DNA of 64,000 nucleotides from Candidatus Latescibacterota bacterium (lineage in GTDB: Bacteria > Latescibacterota > UBA2968). Below the pieces are notes generated by a model. It did not search any database. It was not told where the DNA came from and saw only the letters and a program-made list of their open reading frames with translations. This document shows, one piece after another, positions 57,353 through 64,000 of the stretch; position 1 is the stretch's first letter; each line of letters begins with the position of its first letter. The stretch is from assembly GCA_965208125.1 (NCBI GenBank), contig OZ242320.1, positions 2,336,001 through 2,400,000 of the forward strand, written 5' to 3'. A program made the translations under genes and the position numbers.

Positions 57353-59197
57353 CTACTTGAGGTAGAGCAGCCGTTGGGTCTGCACTCCGCCGGGATAGCT
57401 CAGGCGTGCGATATAGACCCCCGTCGATAGCGAGACGCCCCGCTGATCGAGGACATCCCACCGAATCTGGTAGGAGCCTGCGGCCTGGGACTGATCCACC
57501 AATGTGCGTACCGGCTGACCCAGCACATTGTAGATTACCAGTTGCACCGGACCGGGACTGGACAGGTGGTAGGTTATCAGGGTGGCGCTGTTGAAAGGGT
57601 TGGGAAAGTTGGGCGCCAGTCCACTAACTTCTGGCACTGTCTCGGCTGATAACACAGGCTCGGATACGGCCAGTGGCTTGGATGCGGTTAGTGGTTCGAC
57701 TCGTACGACCCTCATCTTGCCACCCAGGGTCAGTTCCAGGACCTGGCGTTGATTGCGATTGAGGGGAATGCTGTGCCACTGGCCAACGGTCTCGCCATCG
57801 GCGTTGCTGGCGCGTGCCTGATAGTAACCACTGACCCCGTCCGCGCTGGAGATGGTGAGGGACAAAGAGCCATTGGCATCGGTGACGGCGTTATAGGCGT
57901 AGTCGGGCTGTTGGCCGGCGATGGATCGAGCAAACGCGACGGTCAACCCCTCGACGGCATCGCCTGTGACCGTGGCCTCCACTACCGTATAGGGACCATC
58001 CGGGACAACGGGTGCGCGCCCATAAAAGCCCGACCCGACGATGAAGTCAGCCGAGACTGTGCTTCCGTCTGCCCTCCGGATTTCAGCGGCGAACTCGCGT
58101 GCGTATCCCACCTTGGGGATGTCGGCGCTGTCGGTGTCGTCGGTGGGATCGTCGAAGTAATACTCCACGAAGCCGCCTTCCGGGTTACCGGTCGCCGCAG
58201 CGATGACTTGAGGCAGAATGAACTCTCCGGTCACAGCGTCAAGGACGGTCGGTATCAGAGGCCGATACTCGTACTTGTCCGGGAACGCTGCGTGATACGT
58301 GATGACGCTGCTGACAATATCCAGAACGTAGAGGTACACGGAACCGTGTCTCCAGGGGCCGTTCGGATCCCGCAAGGCGACCCTGGCTCTCGAGGCAGCG
58401 GCTGCATCGCCGGTCTTCAGGATTTCAAGAAAGTAGTTTCCTGCTTCTGTGACGAAGGTCTTCAGGGTCTCGCGATCTACCACGTCCCTGGCGGTAATGG
58501 TCGGGTCGCCGTAATCGATCTCTTCTTCAACTACGTGAGATTCGTTGAGATCGAATCCCGCGAGCAGCAGAATCGGAGTTCCTAAATTGGGCGAGACATA
58601 GACGGCGGCATGGCCCGAAGCGCCTGGTATTCCTGGTGATAGACCTGGAATAGGAGTGGTCGCATCGAATGCGCCGTCCGGCTCCTGCGACAATGTGCCC
58701 AAGACGGCGCCGAAAGCCTGGGCGGCGACAGCAGGATCGGGAGAAGCCAGATTCGCCAGATCGGTTGGGGATACGCCCAACGCAAAAAGGATCGCGCCGT
58801 AAATCACAGGGTTGAGCAGCCTGCCCGACAATGCCATGTTCTTCGCGTGAATGTACACTCTGCCGTCGAGCGTCAGGCTCACGATGTACGTGGAACCGGA
58901 ACGCCAAATCCCATCATCCTGCCTTATGATACATGCGATATACAGCCCTTGTTCCACGGTCGCGGCCCCCTGGGCATATTCTCTGGACCGCTCTCTCACG
59001 GCCAGCGCGAAGTCCATCAGGGTAGCGCTGCCATCTTCCACCTGTTGCGCCGTCACACTCGGGTCCGGAGGAGGCGTCTCGCCGGCAGGAAGTGAACAAT
59101 CTGCCAGGGCGGGAGGCGCATTGGAAAAGACGCCGGTCAGCACGAGGAGTCCGACAATGGGAATCAGGTATGTGGGTAATGTTCGAGTTTTTGTCAC
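57353..59197 (-). CDS. Paralogue of 55278-57116 (Cache domains plus FlgD-Ig/T9SS-type tail)
   Basis: Near-identical signal peptide and C-terminal third; more divergent Cache regions. Confidence 0.8.
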   Translation of the reverse strand: MTKTRTLPTYLIPIVGLLVLTGVFSNAPPALADCSLPAGETPPPDPSVTAQQVEDGSATLMDFALAVRERSREYAQGAATVEQGLYIACIIRQDDGIWRSGSTYIVSLTLDGRVYIHAKNMALSGRLLNPVIYGAILFALGVSPTDLANLASPDPAVAAQAFGAVLGTLSQEPDGAFDATTPIPGLSPGIPGASGHAAVYVSPNLGTPILLLAGFDLNESHVVEEEIDYGDPTITARDVVDRETLKTFVTEAGNYFLEILKTGDAAAASRARVALRDPNGPWRHGSVYLYVLDIVSSVITYHAAFPDKYEYRPLIPTVLDAVTGEFILPQVIAAATGNPEGGFVEYYFDDPTDDTDSADIPKVGYAREFAAEIRRADGSTVSADFIVGSGFYGRAPVVPDGPYTVVEATVTGDAVEGLTVAFARSIAGQQPDYAYNAVTDANGSLSLTISSADGVSGYYQARASNADGETVGQWHSIPLNRNQRQVLELTLGGKMRVVRVEPLTASKPLAVSEPVLSAETVPEVSGLAPNFPNPFNSATLITYHLSSPGPVQLVIYNVLGQPVRTLVDQSQAAGSYQIRWDVLDQRGVSLSTGVYIARLSYPGGVQTQRLLYLK

Positions 59198-59396
59198 GAT
59201 GGTTCTCCTTTCTTACTTAAGCGACTCGCTTAATTGAGAGGGTTTTAAGACAGTTTCTTAGAGAGAGTAATAAAAAATACTCTGGTGAGCAAATAAGTTT
59301 TCTATAGCATAAATCCCATTAGCTTTTAATTATCGAAACACATCTGAAACCTGCTGGAAAAGCACTCCCTCGTACCTCTCACCGCATTTTTTTGGC

Positions 59397-59425
59397 TTGA
59401 CAGCGCGCGAATCGAAAAATATACT
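59397..59425 (+). promoter_or_regulatory. Near-consensus sigma70 promoter
   Basis: TTGACA-17 bp-TATACT. Confidence 0.75.
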
Positions 59426-59468
59426 GTAGTTGTTCGTTTTTGTGGTGATAACTTGCAGGGAGATCGAA

Positions 59469-59975
59469 ATGAAACGCCTGATGATATGCCTCTTATCTGT
59501 GTTCGCAATGCAGGGCTGTAGTGATCGTCTGTCAGATATGCAAACACAACTGGCAGGTACATGGGTCTTGCAAACTCGCCAATTGCAAGATGGTACTGTG
59601 TTGAGTGGCCCGCATATAAAAGGGTCGCTTTTTTGGGTGCCAATCAGTTCTCGCAAAGCACATATTACGCTCAATATGCTCGAGGATTTAAAAGACGGTA
59701 CGCCCCGGCGATTTAATTATGCTGCCAGTACGTATGAAATTTCTACATCTGCGATTACGCGAGCCAGGCATGTGCTGGTTCGCCAGGGATATCGGTCTTC
59801 TGCCGAAGCACCGATGTCGATTTATCCCAAGGGCAAGAGTGTGAAGGGCAAGATTACTGTTGAGGGCGATAAAATTGAGATTGCACACGATGAGCAGCAG
59901 TGGGTTTTTGAAGGCAATACGATGACGGCATCTTATGAGGGGGCATGGGTCGATACATGGGCGCGGGTTCAGTAG
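59469..59975 (+). CDS. Lipoprotein, lipocalin-like beta barrel
   Basis: MKRLMICLLSVFAMQGC lipobox; LAGTWVL motif; C-terminal DTWARV. Confidence 0.7.
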   Translation: MKRLMICLLSVFAMQGCSDRLSDMQTQLAGTWVLQTRQLQDGTVLSGPHIKGSLFWVPISSRKAHITLNMLEDLKDGTPRRFNYAASTYEISTSAITRARHVLVRQGYRSSAEAPMSIYPKGKSVKGKITVEGDKIEIAHDEQQWVFEGNTMTASYEGAWVDTWARVQ

Positions 59976-60021
59976 GATGGGTTAATGCGAACGGCTCCGG
60001 TTTCCCGATAAGCAAAAAAGC

Positions 60022-60058
60022 AAAGCCCGTTGATCACGCAGATCAACGGGCTTTTTTT
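60022..60058. terminator. Bidirectional intrinsic terminator
   Basis: AAAGCCCGTTGATC-ACGCA-GATCAACGGGCTTTTTTT. Confidence 0.8.
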
Positions 60059-60150
60059 GTGCGTTCGGCGCACTACTTGAGGTAGAGTAGCCGTTGGGTC
60101 TGCACTCCGCCGGGATAGCTCAGGCGTGCGATATAGTACCCACTGACCCC
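60056..60150 (-). pseudogene. Remnant of a third Cache/FlgD-Ig paralogue
   Basis: 60056-60136 matches 57336-57416 (3' end and trailer) and is fused to TACCCACTGACCCC matching 55750-55763. Confidence 0.75.
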
Positions 60151-60300
60151 GATAAAGACGAAAATGAGAAATCTTTTGCTGATGCATAAGGTATGGCATG
60201 TCTCCTCGTGCTTATCGAAAAAAAGAGGATATACGCGTAAAAAATTAGACGTACGCGTAATTTTTTGCTTTTGAAATTGTAGTAGCAATTGTATTATTAT

Positions 60301-60410
60301 TTGGAAACGTTTGGATACAAACTCAGGAAAAGCTCAACGGCTGCGGGATGTTTTTCTGGATTCTTCCAGAAAAATTAAGGACCGGTCCTCCCTTCCCGCA
60401 GCCTTTTTTT
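60301..60410 (+). ncRNA. Candidate structured small RNA
   Basis: Upstream TTGAAA-18-TATTAT; closing stem GGCTGCGGGA/TCCCGCAGCC encloses two hairpins and is followed by T7; six GGA motifs. Confidence 0.4.
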
Positions 60411-62964
60411 AGTTAAAATATGGATTAAAGACCTCAAATTTGCCGTTCTTGACGATCAGGATAATCGGGTTGTAAATCGCGTCTCCGTTGGCGTCAAAAG
60501 AGAATTTGCCCAGGATTGTGTCCAGATTACTGATATGCGCCATTGCGTCTCGAATCGCCTCTGAATCAGTTGATGGGGCAGCGGCGATGGCGTTTGATAG
60601 GATATAGACGGTGGCATACGCTTGTGCGACGAATTCGTCTGGTTCGGAATTGTATTTCATCGTGTAATTTTCGACGAATGCGCGATTTCCCGGTGTGTCA
60701 GCCATGCTGCTCCATATGGTAAAACTAATCGCGCCTTCGGCGGCGGGACCCGCGCGTTGTACATTGCCCGCGGTCAGGGCTATCGTGATGAAGTGAACTT
60801 CGGTGGGGATGCCGATTTGCCGAGTCTGGATCAGAACGGCTTCCTTTTCTATGGGTAAAGCGGAGAGGAAGATGGCGTCTGGATTCAGTTCTTTTATTCG
60901 GGTTAATTGGTCCGAGAAGTCGGTGTCGCCGGTTTGGAAAGTTTCTGTGGTTATCACTTCGACGTTGTTCTGCTGGAGTGCTTCTGTGATCGCCTCGTTG
61001 CTGCTCTGGGAGAAGACATCATCGCTTTGATATATGGTAGCGACTCTCTGATAGCCGAGTTTTTCATGGGTGGTTTTGACGCCACCGGGTACGACGCGAT
61101 CTACGTTGAGTATCGTGCGAAAGACAAAATCACCTATTTCGCTGAGGCCCTGGGCGGCGGCAGTCGGGCTGATCGCTACGATTTGATTTTGTTGGGCAAT
61201 GGGAAAAGCCTCTCGAGTCGTAGTTGAGGCGAACGGGCCGATGATGACGGATACGCCATCTCGATGAATCAGTTTATTATAGGCTGCAATTGTTCCCGCT
61301 GAGGTGGTCTCATTGTCTTCTATAATAAACTCGATTCTTGCTCCGCCGAGTAGCGGTGATTGGTTGATTTCTTCGCGCGCGAGTTCGAGACCATTTTTTA
61401 TCGCAGGGCTAAGTGTCGCAAGATGGCCTGTCAGGGGCATGACGACGCCAATGGGTATTTCTTTTTTTTGTGGTGACAAACCGAAGACTTCGAGTTTGCC
61501 ATTTCTGACGATCAGTACAACCGGGTTGTAAACCCCATCTCCATTGGCGTCAAAAGAGAATTTGCCCAGAATTGTGTCCAGATCTCTGGTTTTTGCCAGA
61601 GCGTCCCGAATTGCCCTTGAATCAATTGATTGGGCATTGGCGATGGCGTTTGATAGGATAAGGACGGTGGCATAGGATTGTGCGGTGAATGCGCTGGGTT
61701 CAACGCCGGCTCTCATCGTGTAATTTTCGACGAATGCGCGATTTCCGGGCGTGTCAGCCGTGCTGGTCCAGGCTGTAAAACTAATCGCTCCCTCGGCGGC
61801 AGCACCTGCGCGTTCTATTTCGCCTGGGGTCAGGGTTTGTGTGATGAAGTGAACTTCGGGGGGAATACCGATTTCCCGAGTCTGGATCAGAATATCATTC
61901 GCCTCTGTTATAGGTAAAGCAGAGAGGAAGATGGCGTCTGGATTCGATTCTTTTATTCGGGTTAATTGATCCGAAAAGTCGGTCTGACCGACCTGGAAGG
62001 ACTCTGTGATCAGAACCTCGACGCCGTTTTGAAGAAGTGTTTCTTTGATTACTGCGTCGCTATTTTGGGCAAAGATGTCGCCAGCCTGGAATATTGTGGC
62101 TACTTTCTGATAGCCGAGCTGCTCATGCGTGGCCGTGACGCCACGGGGTATAAGCCAGTTAACGGTGAGACTGGTGCGGAAGAGGAAATCGCCTATTGCG
62201 CTGAGGCCTGGGGAGGCTGAGGTTGGACTAATCGCCACGACTTCGTTTTGTTGGGCGATGGGAAACGCCTCTCGGGTTGAACTTGAGGTGTACGGGCCGA
62301 TGATGACGGATACGCCATCTTGATGAATCAGTTTATTATAAGCTTCAACAGAGCCTTCTGGCGTGCTGCGATTGTCTTCCATAATGAAATTGATTTTTGC
62401 CCCGCCGAGTAGCGATGAACGGTTGATTTCTTCGCGTGCGAGTTCAAAGCCAGCTATAAGCGACTGACCGCCTGCACTGAGTTGGCCCGTCAGAGGCAGG
62501 ACGACGCCAATGGTAATTTCTGCGGGGAGACCTTCTAATGTCAACTCTGCCTTTCCGCCAATGGGCAAGTTGAGCCGTACTTTTTGGCCTTCGTTAATTG
62601 GAATGCTGGTCCAGGATCCGATCTCGATTCCGTCTTGTGAGGCGCGCGCTTGATAATAGCCATTGCCCGTTGTGATCTCTATCCGTGCTTGACCATTTTC
62701 ATCAGTTATGTCTGACCACTGATAATCTGCTTTTTGTCCCGCAATAGAACGCGCAAATTCTACTTTTGCCCCGCTTACTGGTGCGTCATCCTGCTGCACA
62801 GTGGCTAAGACCACAGCATTTTGTTGTGCGGCCAATTTGCTCAGGGGACGGCCAATCTGTTCTTCTGTCCCGATTTCTGACTGCGTTACGCGCTCACCGC
62901 CACAATTCCATATCATTCCTGCGACAAGGGCTATTGCGATTATACTGCGGATATTTTGCAACAT
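60409..62964 (-). CDS. Lipoprotein with N-terminal beta domain and two tandem LivJ-type ABC substrate-binding domains
   Basis: WNC lipobox-like; two copies of IGVV.PLTG...NKLIH.DGVSVIIGP...LGKFSFDANGD. Confidence 0.9.
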   Translation of the reverse strand: MLQNIRSIIAIALVAGMIWNCGGERVTQSEIGTEEQIGRPLSKLAAQQNAVVLATVQQDDAPVSGAKVEFARSIAGQKADYQWSDITDENGQARIEITTGNGYYQARASQDGIEIGSWTSIPINEGQKVRLNLPIGGKAELTLEGLPAEITIGVVLPLTGQLSAGGQSLIAGFELAREEINRSSLLGGAKINFIMEDNRSTPEGSVEAYNKLIHQDGVSVIIGPYTSSSTREAFPIAQQNEVVAISPTSASPGLSAIGDFLFRTSLTVNWLIPRGVTATHEQLGYQKVATIFQAGDIFAQNSDAVIKETLLQNGVEVLITESFQVGQTDFSDQLTRIKESNPDAIFLSALPITEANDILIQTREIGIPPEVHFITQTLTPGEIERAGAAAEGAISFTAWTSTADTPGNRAFVENYTMRAGVEPSAFTAQSYATVLILSNAIANAQSIDSRAIRDALAKTRDLDTILGKFSFDANGDGVYNPVVLIVRNGKLEVFGLSPQKKEIPIGVVMPLTGHLATLSPAIKNGLELAREEINQSPLLGGARIEFIIEDNETTSAGTIAAYNKLIHRDGVSVIIGPFASTTTREAFPIAQQNQIVAISPTAAAQGLSEIGDFVFRTILNVDRVVPGGVKTTHEKLGYQRVATIYQSDDVFSQSSNEAITEALQQNNVEVITTETFQTGDTDFSDQLTRIKELNPDAIFLSALPIEKEAVLIQTRQIGIPTEVHFITIALTAGNVQRAGPAAEGAISFTIWSSMADTPGNRAFVENYTMKYNSEPDEFVAQAYATVYILSNAIAAAPSTDSEAIRDAMAHISNLDTILGKFSFDANGDAIYNPIILIVKNGKFEVFNPYFN

Positions 62965-62990
62965 GGTGATCTCCTGAAAGCGGTATAGAG

Positions 62991-63028
62991 AAAATCCCAG
63001 GACGGTTTTTCCCATCCTGGGATTTTTT
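62991..63028. terminator. Hairpin/terminator after the DUF5069 gene
   Basis: AAAATCCCAGGA...TCCTGGGATTTT. Confidence 0.65.
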
Positions 63029-63047
63029 GTGCGAGATGGACGGGTGT

Positions 63048-63488
63048 CTATCCCGTCAGTTGTGCGTGAAATTCTGTCCAGTCATCGAGGTTGTTCAGGT
63101 TGACGGCGTCGAGAATTGTGCCGTCGTCGTCAATGCCTGCGCCACCGAGGATGGCCCCGCGGACATCGTCTGCGTGGTTATAACCCTCGATTGCGGCGTT
63201 GAGTTCTGCAACGGCGTTGCTGTCGAGGCTGCCGCCGCTCTGTGCGATTACCCATGCTTCGAATTCCGGATAGGAGGGTAGATTTTCGGTGAGATAGGCG
63301 ACGGTGGCATCGCGGTCGAGGCCCAGACCATCGAGAACCATCTGGTCGTAGCCCATGCCACATTGGTCATATCCTTCTTCGAGGTTGCCCGTGGCGCCCA
63401 ACAGGACTTTGCTCCACAGGCGAGGAAGATGGAGTACGCCCGCCGGTCCTGCAACACCTGAACTGATGAGGGGGATTGTTCCTGCCAT
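63048..63488 (-). CDS. DUF5069 domain protein
   Basis: PLISSGVAGPAGVLHLPRLWSK...GYDQMVLDGLGLD...PSYPEFEAWV...LDDWTEFH; AGGAG RBS. Confidence 0.8.
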   Translation of the reverse strand: MAGTIPLISSGVAGPAGVLHLPRLWSKVLLGATGNLEEGYDQCGMGYDQMVLDGLGLDRDATVAYLTENLPSYPEFEAWVIAQSGGSLDSNAVAELNAAIEGYNHADDVRGAILGGAGIDDDGTILDAVNLNNLDDWTEFHAQLTG

Positions 63489-63580
63489 TTTTTACTCCTT
63501 TTGAATATGGTTCATCGACCAGCACGCGAATGATTGGGGAGGTGCTGGTGCGATTTGAACCGTCTTTTGAGAATGACTTT

Positions 63581-64000
63581 TTATTTTGCCAAAACACCTT
63601 TTTGATCTTTGTTGAGTGTCCAGGTATCGACCACACCGTTTGAATATGTTACGGTAAGTTGTGAGCCGATAAACTCATATTGCGTTCCGTTATCGTGGGT
63701 AAGTGTTACGCGCGCATCGTCAGAGGAGATTTGTCCCGTGCCATTTTGGGTGGTTGTGTCATAAACTGCATCTGAGCTATCTGTTTCTACCGAGCCGATT
63801 CTGAGTTTGGATTGATATGTAAATGTCGTGCCTTGTAGATCGTATAAACGGTCGATGATTCTAATGCTCTGTCTGTCGTCGGTTACGGAGAGATGCACCT
63901 TAGCCTGGGTGGGTGTGGTTGGAAACCATTCGATGAGGCCGCTGATTTGCGGACTCTGGATGATTTCACCCTGTGCGGGTTTGCGAGAGTCCAACAGCCA
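63581..64000 (-). CDS. Lipocalin-like protein (partial), probable paralogue of 59469-59975
   Basis: WLLDSRKPAQGEIIQSPQISGLIEWFP aligns with WVLQTRQLQDGTVLSGPHIKGSLFWVP; shared VDTW near the end. Confidence 0.6.
   Translation of the reverse strand, partial: WLLDSRKPAQGEIIQSPQISGLIEWFPTTPTQAKVHLSVTDDRQSIRIIDRLYDLQGTTFTYQSKLRIGSVETDSSDAVYDTTTQNGTGQISSDDARVTLTHDNGTQYEFIGSQLTVTYSNGVVDTWTLNKDQKGVLAK

Overview
Bacterial chromosomal segment; no rRNA, tRNA or CRISPR array was seen. Many PhyH-family dioxygenases, dockerin/EF-hand and FlgD-Ig/T9SS-type C-terminal tags, TPR proteins and GTAG-type REPs suggest an FCB-group, possibly sponge-associated Latescibacterota/Gemmatimonadota-like organism (inference only). 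Left part (1-17.6 kb): metabolic genes including cysC, a tandem queF pair whose first copy lacks the catalytic Cys/Asp, five PhyH paralogues (four lacking the HxD carboxylate), a cytochrome c-fused Cu monooxygenase with a redoxin, and a uronate isomerase. Middle (17.7-33 kb): a type I R-M locus (AlbA-like gene, higBA, hsdM, second higA, hsdS ... hsdR) with a ~7 kb cargo between hsdS and hsdR: TIR/SEFIR-TM-TPR, NDT-like-TPR, two short DUF1828 genes, an Rpn nuclease and a Phd-VapC pair. Right part: a sixth PhyH, secDF, polyprenyl synthase, prmC-prfA-rpmE2-rho and glnD; then a His kinase and a frameshifted sigma54 activator, followed by a sigma54 promoter with twin enhancer sites upstream of PTS IIA and a sigma70 factor; then two secreted Cache-domain paralogues plus a remnant, a candidate GGA-rich sRNA, a double-domain ABC binding lipoprotein and DUF5069. 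Best novelty candidates: the effector-swapped TPR cassette inside the R-M locus, the pseudo-QueF/QueF pair, the halogenase-like PhyH cluster, the sigma54-to-sigma70 cascade and the candidate sRNA.
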